NCBI GenBank assembly: GCA_048938005.1
Contig: JBHLMQ010000004.1
Span: forward strand, 34,447-98,446
DNA length: 64,000 nt
Direction: 5' to 3'
Source: Promethearchaeota archaeon
GTDB lineage: Archaea; Asgardarchaeota; Lokiarchaeia; Sigyniarchaeales; SOKP01
The first letter of the stretch is position 1, and each line of letters opens with the position of its first letter. The notes beneath the pieces are model-generated. The model worked only from the letters and a program-made list of their open reading frames with translations. It did no database searches and had not been told where the DNA came from. Shown here piece by piece: positions 1-9,132 of this stretch. Made by a program: the position numbers and the translations under genes.

Positions 1-1432
1 TAGTTCTAACATCTAATATCATAACCCCATTATTTCTAATTTTATTAAAATCGTGCCATTGCCAAATAGGCATATCTTCTTTAAGATAATTAGACGCAAC
101 AAATCCTGCCATATTTATGGGATCCTTAGCAGAACTATAGGGAGGAGCATAAGTTAACTCTAATTCTTCCAAGTCAAAAATAGTGCCATTAAATTTTATT
201 ACAGTTGAAATAACATCAATTCTTTTCTCTGTTCCTGAACCTCCAACAGCTTGTGCTCCAAGAATTTTACCACTTGGAATTTCAAAAATTAATTTCAATG
301 TGATTGGAATTGCTCCAGGATAATAACCTGCATGATTATTAGGATGAATATATACTTTATCATATTTTATAGTAAGAGTTTTCAATTGTTTTTCTGTTAA
401 TCCCACAGAGGCAACTGTTACATCGAAAATTTTAACAACAATTGCACCTAAAACACCTTTATATTCAGAATTCCTTCCCGCGATATTATCAGCTGCTATT
501 CGTCCTTGTTTATTAGCTGGACCTGCCAAAGCTATAGATATTGGTTTTTTGGTTTGAAAATGATAAACTTCAACAATATCGCCTACAGCATATATATTTG
601 GATTAGATGTTTGCATTCTATTATTGACGATAACATATCCTTTTTCAGTTACTTTTAAGTCAGCTTCTCTAGCTAGTCTATTTTCTGGTCTAATACCAAT
701 AGATAAAATAACCAAATCTGTATCTATCACTCTACCACTTTTTGTTTTAACAAAAGGTTCTTCTTTATCATTTCTCCCAAAAGAATCAACAGGATCTTCT
801 AACACCAAACAAACTCCATTTAGTATTAATTCTTGATGAATGAATTGTGCTATTTCCTTATCTATTGGTGGCATGACTTGATCGAGCATTTCAATAATTT
901 TAACCTTCACTCCTTTCTCTACAAGGTTTTCTGCCATTTCTAATCCAATGAAACCTCCTCCTACGATAACAGCTTTATTTATATTATATTTTTCAACATA
1001 ATCTCGTATTTTTATTGCATCCGGAATTGTCCATACTGTAAAATAAGGAATATTATTAAGCCCTATGAATGAAGGCACTATTGGTTTTGAACCAGTTGCT
1101 AAAATTAAATAGTCATAATCAAGAAAATATTCATTTAAATGATTTAAATCTTTAACTTTAACTTTTTTTTGGTCTTTATCTATGGAAATTACCTCATTAT
1201 TAACTCGAACATCAATATTAAATCTCTCAAGAAACGTTTCTGGTGTCACCAATTCTAAAGACTCTCGATCTTTTATTATATTGCCTACATAGTAAGGTAA
1301 TCCACAATTTGCAAATGATACATAAGGACCTCGATCTAACATAATTATTTCGAAATCTTCTCTTAATCGTCTTAATCTAGCGGCAGCAGAAGCACCTCCT
1401 GCAACTCCACCAATTATTACAACTCTTTTCAT
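1..1432 (-). CDS. CoA-disulfide reductase-like FAD-dependent pyridine nucleotide-disulfide oxidoreductase (3' end runs off window; absent from ORF track)
   Basis: Manual translation from ATG at 1432: MKRVVIIGGVAGGASAAARLRRL..., SFANCGLPYY active-site motif, VGGGFIGLEMAENL NAD-binding motif, C-terminal LELTYAPPYSS. Confidence 0.9.
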   Translation of the reverse strand, partial: MKRVVIIGGVAGGASAAARLRRLREDFEIIMLDRGPYVSFANCGLPYYVGNIIKDRESLELVTPETFLERFNIDVRVNNEVISIDKDQKKVKVKDLNHLNEYFLDYDYLILATGSKPIVPSFIGLNNIPYFTVWTIPDAIKIRDYVEKYNINKAVIVGGGFIGLEMAENLVEKGVKVKIIEMLDQVMPPIDKEIAQFIHQELILNGVCLVLEDPVDSFGRNDKEEPFVKTKSGRVIDTDLVILSIGIRPENRLAREADLKVTEKGYVIVNNRMQTSNPNIYAVGDIVEVYHFQTKKPISIALAGPANKQGRIAADNIAGRNSEYKGVLGAIVVKIFDVTVASVGLTEKQLKTLTIKYDKVYIHPNNHAGYYPGAIPITLKLIFEIPSGKILGAQAVGGSGTEKRIDVISTVIKFNGTIFDLEELELTYAPPYSSAKDPINMAGFVASNYLKEDMPIWQWHDFNKIRNNGVMILDVRT

Positions 1433-1543
1433 AAAAATAACCAATTTCTTTATTTATTTACAATTTCTTTAACTATTTTTATAAAACGATTAATTTAAAT
1501 TTGGTTATTATAAGTTAGAAACATTAGTATATAATCAAATATT

Positions 1544-2695
1544 ATGAAAAATGATAATGAAATGGAAGTTAATAAATTATTAACCGAAATAAATTCATGT
1601 ATAGATTGTATGGATTGTATGGAAGTATGCGATACTTACAAAGTTACTCATGATGAATTAAAATCACCTAATGGAAGATTAAAAATAGCAAAAAAAGTAT
1701 TTTCTAATAATCAGATTACAGATGAAGAACTTAAAGGACTCTATACTTGTACATTGTGTGGATTGTGTGATTTGATCTGTCAACAAGAAATTCTTATTTC
1801 AGAGGTTATACATTCATCGAAAGTCAAACTTGTGGAAGAAAATAGAGCACCTTTAGAAATACACAATAAAATTATAAGAGGAATTATTGAAAAAAATAAC
1901 TCTGTTGGAGGGAATCCTGAAGAGAGATTAAATTGGTTGCCTGACATTTATAAAGAAAATGAATTATTTGAAACGAAAGAGTCAGATACTCTGTTATTTT
2001 TAGGATGTATGTCTTCATTTCGAGTAACCGAAAGTGCCTTTGCTCCGTATGAAATTTTAAAACTTGCTGGTTATGAATTTAAGATTTTAGAAAAGGAACC
2101 ATGTTGTGGAGAATATATATATTCAGCGGGAAATCTTAGTCTTGCAAAGGAAATATTTAAAGAAAACATTGAACTCTTTAATAAGATTGGAATAAAAAAT
2201 TTGATAGTTACATGTGGAGGTTGTTTATATGCCTTTAATAAAGTATACAGAAAATACTTTAAGGGCTTCAATCTAAATGTAAGACATATAATTGAAATTA
2301 TCTATGAGTTGGAAAAAACTAATAAAATTACATTAAAACCATTAAATAAATTAATTACGTATCATGATTCTTGTCGAGTAGGAAGAAAATACAAAAGTGG
2401 ACCTTTATATTCTGAACCTCGAAAACTTTTAAATAAAAGTGGTTTAGAAATCAAAGAATTAACTAATAACCCAGAAGAATGTCCATGTTGTGGAGCAGGT
2501 TCCGGAATTAGAGGTGTTGATAGTAGTATTTGTATAAAAATAGGGAAAGAATTATTCAACAATATTGGAACTAAAGAACTAGTAACCTCATGTCCATTAT
2601 GTGTGTTTAATTTTAGGTATGTTAACTATAAAAATCAAATGGATATAGAAAGTAAATATATAACTGATTATATTTTAGAATCAATGAAAAAATAA
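1544..2695 (+). CDS. Fe-S oxidoreductase, HdrD/GlpC-like with CCG domains
   Basis: Two CxxCxxCxxxC clusters plus CCG motifs (EPCCG, YHDSC, CPCCGAG, TSCPLC). Confidence 0.85.
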   Translation: MKNDNEMEVNKLLTEINSCIDCMDCMEVCDTYKVTHDELKSPNGRLKIAKKVFSNNQITDEELKGLYTCTLCGLCDLICQQEILISEVIHSSKVKLVEENRAPLEIHNKIIRGIIEKNNSVGGNPEERLNWLPDIYKENELFETKESDTLLFLGCMSSFRVTESAFAPYEILKLAGYEFKILEKEPCCGEYIYSAGNLSLAKEIFKENIELFNKIGIKNLIVTCGGCLYAFNKVYRKYFKGFNLNVRHIIEIIYELEKTNKITLKPLNKLITYHDSCRVGRKYKSGPLYSEPRKLLNKSGLEIKELTNNPEECPCCGAGSGIRGVDSSICIKIGKELFNNIGTKELVTSCPLCVFNFRYVNYKNQMDIESKYITDYILESMKK

Positions 2696-2703
2696 AAAAA
2701 AAG

Positions 2704-3504
2704 TTAACCTCTATAATCTAAAATTATTACAGCATCCACAAATAGTTCGTAATTCTCATCTTCGTCGAAATCATGTATAATAACTTTTTCTACCTCATCG
2801 AGTTCTCCTTTAATCTCATTTAACTCTGATTGTTGTATAATCTTTACATCAGATTGCTTTAATTTTTTGGCGATTTCCACAGTTCCAGGAATTTCTTTTG
2901 CAGAAGTTAGTACTATAACTCTCCCTGTATATTCGGTTAATTTAAGTGCTAATTCTAAAGAATCATCCCCTGTATCGACAATTAATACTCTCTTCTCTCT
3001 TAATTCTTCAAGATTAGGGACTTTCAAATAGACTCCTTTCCCTTTGAACTCGTCAACCCCCAGAATTACTCGTACTTCAAGTTGACATGAAGTAACTACC
3101 TCTATTTCTGGTTTTGTCCCCTCACGGTAATTATTTATGGCAGCTTTTAAGGCATCTGCGGCTAGATTTGAACAATGCATTTTGATAGGGGGTAACCCGT
3201 CCAATTCATCTGCTACATCACTTCGAGTAATCTTATACGCATCATCAAGAGTCATTCCTTTAGCCATCTCAGTTACCATTGATGAAGTTGATACTGCTGA
3301 TCCACATCCAAAGGTTCTGAATTTAATATCATCAATGATATCTTCTCCTTTATCATTTTTCCCTACTTTTATAAACATTTCCATTAAATCTCCACATACT
3401 GGATTTCCAACCTTTCCATATCCATCGGGATTTTCAATTGAACCTACATTTCGTGGGTTCCGAAAGTGGTCCATTACCTTATCGGTATATTTATGCACAC
3501 TCAT
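2704..3504 (-). CDS. iscU: Fe-S scaffold IscU/NifU fused to a degenerate thioredoxin-reductase NAD(P)H-binding domain
   Basis: NPVCGD, FGCGSA and LPPIKMHC motifs; C-terminal ~125 aa resembles the TrxB middle domain. Confidence 0.88.
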   Translation of the reverse strand: MSVHKYTDKVMDHFRNPRNVGSIENPDGYGKVGNPVCGDLMEMFIKVGKNDKGEDIIDDIKFRTFGCGSAVSTSSMVTEMAKGMTLDDAYKITRSDVADELDGLPPIKMHCSNLAADALKAAINNYREGTKPEIEVVTSCQLEVRVILGVDEFKGKGVYLKVPNLEELREKRVLIVDTGDDSLELALKLTEYTGRVIVLTSAKEIPGTVEIAKKLKQSDVKIIQQSELNEIKGELDEVEKVIIHDFDEDENYELFVDAVIILDYRG

Positions 3505-4695
3505 TTAATTTTCCTCCTCTTGTAATTTTTTTAATAAATCTGAAGGTGTTAGTGGTGATAAAATTCTTAGTTTTCTTACTATTCCGGGTAAAACTTCTAT
3601 AATTTTATCAATATCTTTTTCTTCTGTAAATCTCCCCAACGTTAATAATAAACTCCCATGTGCTTCCTCATGTAATAGACCACATGAGATAAGTGTATGG
3701 GATGGTTCTAAAGTTTTGGAAGAACAAGCAGAGCCAGTAGCTACCTCCACTTTCTCATCTTTTAATGATAAAAGTAATGATTCACCTTCAATATAATCAA
3801 ACCGGAAATTGACATTATGGGGTGTTCTTTTCTCAGGATGTCCATTTAAATATGATTTAGGTATCTTTAAAACTTCCCGAATTAATTTATCTCTAAGAAT
3901 TTTTAATCTGGCAGCTTCATCATTTATTTCCTGTTTCATTATTTCTGCTGCTTTTGCAAAACCTACTATTCCAGGCATATTTTCAGATCCAGACCTCATT
4001 CCTCTCTCCTGACCCCCTCCAATTATAATAGGGTCAACTCTCACGCCTTTCTTGAGATATAATGCCCCTGCTCCTCTGGGGCCATAAATATCGTTGGAGG
4101 ATAAAGTCAATAAATTAAAAGGAACTTTTTGCACATCAATAGGTATAGTACTTTCGCTTGCTACAGCATCAGAATGAAACCAAATATTGTTCTTTTGAGC
4201 TAGTTTCGCAATCTCTTCTACAGGCTGAAGTGACCCAATTTCATTACTAGCAGTAGAAATTGAAATTAAAATCGTCTCATCAGTTATTAATCGTTCTAAT
4301 TTATCCATATTAATGATACCAAATCTGTCCACAGGAACTCTATTCACTCTAAATCCCTGTCTTTCTAAATATTTACCAATATTTAATATCGAAATATGTT
4401 CAATTTCTGAGATAATAATATGATTTCCTTTTCTTCGATTTCGAAGAGCTGCGCCGATAATTCCTAAATTATTTGATTCGGTAGCTCCAGAAGTGAATAT
4501 TATATCTTCTGGATTTGGGGCATTAATAAACTCAGCAATTTTTATTCGAGCTTCTTCTAAAGAATTAGTAGCATTATATCCGTAGTTATGCAATGAAGAT
4601 GGATTTCCAAACTCTTTAATGAAATATGGTTTCATAGCTTCAAATACACGAGGATCCACTGGTTTAGCTGCTTGATAGTCTAAATAAACACTCAT
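3505..4695 (-). CDS. iscS: Cysteine desulfurase, IscS/NifS family
   Basis: YLDYQA, FTSGATESNN, GGGQERGMRSGSEN, catalytic GSACSS. Confidence 0.9.
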   Translation of the reverse strand: MSVYLDYQAAKPVDPRVFEAMKPYFIKEFGNPSSLHNYGYNATNSLEEARIKIAEFINAPNPEDIIFTSGATESNNLGIIGAALRNRRKGNHIIISEIEHISILNIGKYLERQGFRVNRVPVDRFGIINMDKLERLITDETILISISTASNEIGSLQPVEEIAKLAQKNNIWFHSDAVASESTIPIDVQKVPFNLLTLSSNDIYGPRGAGALYLKKGVRVDPIIIGGGQERGMRSGSENMPGIVGFAKAAEIMKQEINDEAARLKILRDKLIREVLKIPKSYLNGHPEKRTPHNVNFRFDYIEGESLLLSLKDEKVEVATGSACSSKTLEPSHTLISCGLLHEEAHGSLLLTLGRFTEEKDIDKIIEVLPGIVRKLRILSPLTPSDLLKKLQEEEN

Positions 4696-4713
4696 TTTTT
4701 AAGCCTCATTTTT

Positions 4714-4968
4714 CTACTTCAATTTCTTAAATATGAAAATTAAATCATCGCCATCTTTTTTAAACTCTACTACCTTAGTATCTGTTCTTTTAGCCCATCT
4801 TTTAAGATCTTCTTCAGCAGCAGGATCATCCGCAATAACTTTAAAACATTGTCCCACACTAAGTGTTTCACTTAAATGCCTAACCTCAAACAACGGTTCT
4901 GGGCAATATAAACCACGAGTATCTAGTTCTTCTTCAATTTTCATTTCTATATTCTCTTCATTATTCAA
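4714..4968 (-). CDS. tusA: Sulfur carrier TusA family protein
   Basis: LDTRGLYCPEP and DDPAA motifs; directly upstream of iscS. Confidence 0.9.
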   Translation of the reverse strand: MNNEENIEMKIEEELDTRGLYCPEPLFEVRHLSETLSVGQCFKVIADDPAAEEDLKRWAKRTDTKVVEFKKDGDDLIFIFKKLK

Positions 4969-5194
4969 TTTTAGAACCTCATTAAAAGGATTCTATTCTA
5001 ACATCTTCCTTGAGATATAAACGATTCAAAAAGAGTATAAATCTTCTCATTATAATTTAACAAACTTTAATAATAACTAAGATAAATGTATAAAACACAT
5101 AGAAAAGAATGATTATATTTTATAAATTTTCAAACCATTGATGTTAAAAAAGTTAAAATTAAAGTAAAAAAAATACAAAATCCCTAGAAAAATT

Positions 5195-5830
5195 TTATTC
5201 AATTTCCATTAATTTCTTTATATGTCTTACACCTTCAACAGCGTCATCGGCAAAATCATCTGCTCCAAGCTTTTTTGCAAGTTCCATATTTAAAGGAGCA
5301 CCTCCAACAATTAATTTTACTTTATCACGAAGTCCTGCTGCTTGTAAAGCTTCATGTACAATCTTTATTTGTTCTACAGTCATAGTAAGCAAAGTACTTA
5401 ATGCAATAATATTAGCACCTGTTTCCTTTACTTTTTCAATTATTACATTTTCATCAACATCCATCCCTAAGTCATAGAGTTCAAAACCAGAACTTAAGAG
5501 GAGAGATCCCAAAATATTTTTGCCAATATCATGATTATCTCCTTTCACTGTGGCAAGAATTATTTTTACCTTATCTTCTGATTTATCTGAAGCAGCTAAG
5601 ACCGGTTTTAAAATACTAAAAGCTTCCTTCATTGTTTCTCCAGCTAAAACAAGTTCTGTTAAATAATATTCCTTTTCTTCATAACGACGTCCAACTTCAT
5701 CCATTCCCTTTGTTAATGAATTCAATATATCAAAAGCATCTTTGCCTTCATCTAATGCTTCTTTCACAGCATCGGCAATATCATCTACTTCTAATTCAAT
5801 TACTAACTCTGTTAATTTTTCAAAATCCAT
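5195..5830 (-). CDS. Corrinoid (B12-binding) methyltransferase protein
   Basis: Cap domain plus DNHDIGKN (DxHxxG), ALSTLL and VGGAP motifs. Confidence 0.92.
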   Translation of the reverse strand: MDFEKLTELVIELEVDDIADAVKEALDEGKDAFDILNSLTKGMDEVGRRYEEKEYYLTELVLAGETMKEAFSILKPVLAASDKSEDKVKIILATVKGDNHDIGKNILGSLLLSSGFELYDLGMDVDENVIIEKVKETGANIIALSTLLTMTVEQIKIVHEALQAAGLRDKVKLIVGGAPLNMELAKKLGADDFADDAVEGVRHIKKLMEIE

Positions 5831-6291
5831 AAAAATCTCCTTTCTTTACGAAAATTAAAAGGAATTTATTATTAACTTAAATTAAAATTATCCTTTAAAT
5901 CTTATTTTAATAAAAAAATGCTCAATTTTAAATTAATTACTTCTTAAAGTAAGAAATGAGAGCGAGGGAGATGAGAAAACGTTAAAATCTTAAAAGTTTA
6001 AGATTTTACAAAAAATTTAGTTACCATTTTAATTAGGAAATTAGGGGATATTATTTGTATTTTCTCTATCTTCCCTCTAGGATATAAATATGAAACTTTA
6101 ATATTTAAACTTATTTTAACTTCTCCCTATTATAATGAGTATTTTAATAACTATCTTTAAAAAAGTATGGTTAAACACATTATATTTAAACAACAATAAA
6201 TCAATAAAATCTTTTTATTTAATTAACACATATTAAGGTAAATAGAGAAATTCATCACTAAAAATATAAATAAATAACAATTATTAACATC

Positions 6292-7089
6292 GTGCCAGAA
6301 AATAAAGAATCTTCCGAGAACATGAATAAAGAAAGTTCAACAGAAGAGAAGGGAATGGCGATTGAAACTACCTTTATAGACAAAATAAGCACAGAATATG
6401 CAGTAATTGGTAAGAATTTAGTTAAAGATTATGAAATTGGAGATTTTATCGTAAGAGCAGTTGATAATGTATCAATATCAATATATAATGGAGAGTTTTT
6501 AGTTATTAAAGGACCTAGTGGTGCAGGTAAAACATCATTATTAAATCTATTTGGGGGATTAGATACTCCTAATAGTGGAGTTATTTATAGTTTTGGAGTA
6601 AAAATCTCTGATATGAAAGAAGAATCACTAACAATTTGGCGATTACTAAATTCTGGATTTATATTTCAAAATTATAATCTTATTAGCACTCTTACTGCTG
6701 AGGAAAATGTAATGTTCCCTATGAATCTTTCAGGTGTATATTTCAAAGAGCAGAGAAAACGTGCAAAAGAATTGTTAACAAAAATGGGACTTGAGGATCG
6801 AAAAGAACATTTACCTTTTCAATTGTCTGCTGGTGAACAGCAAAGAGTGGCAATAGCAAGAGCATTAGCAAATGATCCTCCAATGATTTTAGCAGATGAA
6901 CCTACTGCCAATTTAGACAAGAATACTAGTCAATTCATTAGGGATCTTTTTAAAGATTTAAAAGATAGCGTTAGAACAATAATAATTGCTACACATGATG
7001 ATTATTTAATAAATTTGGCTGATAGAATAATCTCGTTTTATGATGGAAAAATCGTGGGAGAAGATGTAATAACAGATTTTAAAAAATAG
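6292..7089 (+). CDS. ABC transporter ATP-binding protein (LolD/MacB type)
   Basis: GPSGAGKT, LSAGEQQRVAIARAL, ADEPT. Confidence 0.93.
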   Translation: MPENKESSENMNKESSTEEKGMAIETTFIDKISTEYAVIGKNLVKDYEIGDFIVRAVDNVSISIYNGEFLVIKGPSGAGKTSLLNLFGGLDTPNSGVIYSFGVKISDMKEESLTIWRLLNSGFIFQNYNLISTLTAEENVMFPMNLSGVYFKEQRKRAKELLTKMGLEDRKEHLPFQLSAGEQQRVAIARALANDPPMILADEPTANLDKNTSQFIRDLFKDLKDSVRTIIIATHDDYLINLADRIISFYDGKIVGEDVITDFKK

Positions 7090-7105
7090 GAAAAAGAATC
7101 ACAAG

Positions 7106-9016
7106 ATGACCTCGCTTGATTTTGCCTTAAAAGACTTTTACAGGAAAAGACATTCGAATTTTCCTTTTTTGTTAATTATTACATTAGTTGTCGCAGTTGC
7201 AGAGTTTCTAATATATTTTACATCATCAATAGGCTTAAACATATTCGTTCAACCTACTTTTATAAATAAATATTATTTCTCTGGTGGAATTAATTTAGTG
7301 TATAAGCAGTTTAATACACTAATCCAAGGTTTGTTTATTATTTTAACAGTAGTTATAGTAATTGCTGTAACATCTACACTTGTTATTTCTAAAAAAAGAG
7401 ATATTGCTATTATGAAATCCCTAGGAACTCTCCCTCAGAAATTATATAGTTTTTATTTATTAGAAGTTTATATACTATTTTTCGTTGGATTTTTATTTGG
7501 ATGGATTTTGGGATTAGGTATTTTCGGAATATTTGCTTTAATCATGAATTTCTTCAATTTTTCTATTTCATTTCAAATTGATTTATTTTATACACCAATT
7601 ATGTTCTTTTCTTGTATCATTGGTATTTTTCTTATTACTGGTTATGTACTAAGGAAAATTGGTAGAAAAAAAATAGTAAACACATTCTCAAAAGATATAC
7701 CTTTTAATTATGATGCTTCAAGGCAAATAAAATTTATTCCAAAATGGTTAACCTCAATTGGATTTAATATTAAAATATCTGTTTTAAATACATTAAGGAA
7801 AAAAGGCGAATTTAAGAGATATTTAATAGTTTTTTCTATAATTGGTTTAATGATTTTTACTTTAGGCTTGGGAACAATAGTTTTAAGAACATCCTCTCAA
7901 GAATGGATCCATAAATCTCAGGGTGAAAATATTGTAATATTGGGACATAAAGATGTAATATATAATTGTTCTTTAATGTATAAAATGTTCTCTGATCCTT
8001 CTCTTCTTGTCGATGAAACTAGCATAAATTTTACAGAACCATCTTATTTGTTTAATTTAAGTAATCTTAGTAAATTATATGCAAATGAAAAAATTGAGAA
8101 AATAGATGAACGTTTAATAAATTTTTATGAGGTAAAGGAACTTAATGGTATACACATATTAGAAGATGGCCGTTATATGATCGTTGGTCAAAATCGAATA
8201 GGCATTATTCCTATAGTTGGTGTTAATCCTGAAAATTTAATTCAAAATTTTGAGATTGAAGGGAAGTTTTTCAGTAAAGAAGATAGTGATGAGAATATGA
8301 CTATTGGAGATGGATTAGCTTATAATCTTTTTGATTATGCGTTGGACCAGAGTTTAGAAATTACGGGAACTGGTAAGACATTTGGAATATCTGGTATAGT
8401 TATTGATAGTTTCTTTAGTGGTTATGCCGCTTATATGAATATTAATGAATCAAGAATTATTTTAGGCTTTTCTAATGAACTGGTTAATTTAGTAATATTA
8501 AAAATAAAAGTGGGTGCTTATAATGAAATTATAGAAGATTTGAATAATATAACTAAAAGTATTGGAGAAAATTTTACCTACTTAAAATTAGACGATGTTT
8601 TCCATGATAATTTAAATTTCTTAGGAAATTTATCGATATATCCTTTACTACTAATAATTTTGATAACAGTACTCGCTATTATATCCTTGCACAATTATCA
8701 AAAAGCCGGAATAATGGAAAAAGCAAAAGATTTTTTAATTATGAGAGCTATTGGTTCAAAAACTAGATCATTAAAGAAAATACTTTTTTTAGAATCATTC
8801 TTTGTTTTACTCCCATCTCTTCTTATAAGTTTAGGGATAGGTATGATTATTAATTCGTTATTTTTGCTAGGGCGAGTCTATTTACCCCCTTTATATATTC
8901 CGTTTATAATTTTCCTAATTTTATGTGCTTTATTTATGATTTCTAATTTTTTAAGCCTTTTTCCTATAATCAAGAAAATTAATAACTTTTCTATTAATGA
9001 TTTTAATATTTACTAA
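7106..9016 (+). CDS. FtsX/MacB-like ABC permease
   Basis: Repeated KRDIAIMKSLG / IMRAIG motifs, multiple TM segments; follows the ATPase. Confidence 0.88.
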   Translation: MTSLDFALKDFYRKRHSNFPFLLIITLVVAVAEFLIYFTSSIGLNIFVQPTFINKYYFSGGINLVYKQFNTLIQGLFIILTVVIVIAVTSTLVISKKRDIAIMKSLGTLPQKLYSFYLLEVYILFFVGFLFGWILGLGIFGIFALIMNFFNFSISFQIDLFYTPIMFFSCIIGIFLITGYVLRKIGRKKIVNTFSKDIPFNYDASRQIKFIPKWLTSIGFNIKISVLNTLRKKGEFKRYLIVFSIIGLMIFTLGLGTIVLRTSSQEWIHKSQGENIVILGHKDVIYNCSLMYKMFSDPSLLVDETSINFTEPSYLFNLSNLSKLYANEKIEKIDERLINFYEVKELNGIHILEDGRYMIVGQNRIGIIPIVGVNPENLIQNFEIEGKFFSKEDSDENMTIGDGLAYNLFDYALDQSLEITGTGKTFGISGIVIDSFFSGYAAYMNINESRIILGFSNELVNLVILKIKVGAYNEIIEDLNNITKSIGENFTYLKLDDVFHDNLNFLGNLSIYPLLLIILITVLAIISLHNYQKAGIMEKAKDFLIMRAIGSKTRSLKKILFLESFFVLLPSLLISLGIGMIINSLFLLGRVYLPPLYIPFIIFLILCALFMISNFLSLFPIIKKINNFSINDFNIY

Positions 9017-9132
9017 TTATTTTTATTAAAATATTTAAAAATGAATTAATAGATAAGACCTTAATAAGTTAAATTTTAATTTCTGAATTTGTATTAATAT
9101 ATTAATTTCTAATGAAAAGGTGAATCTTCAAT

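Noticed and set aside
624-5832. Short ORFs overlapping or antisense to cdr, iscU, iscS, tusA and the corrinoid gene (and similar ones across the window, e.g. 34498-34896, 47159-47635)
   Set aside because: They lie on the opposite strand or in another frame of well-supported genes and have no motifs.
5830-6290. Cobalamin riboswitch upstream of the corrinoid gene
   Set aside because: The conserved B12-box and core motifs are not recognisable; kept only as an unexplained structured element.
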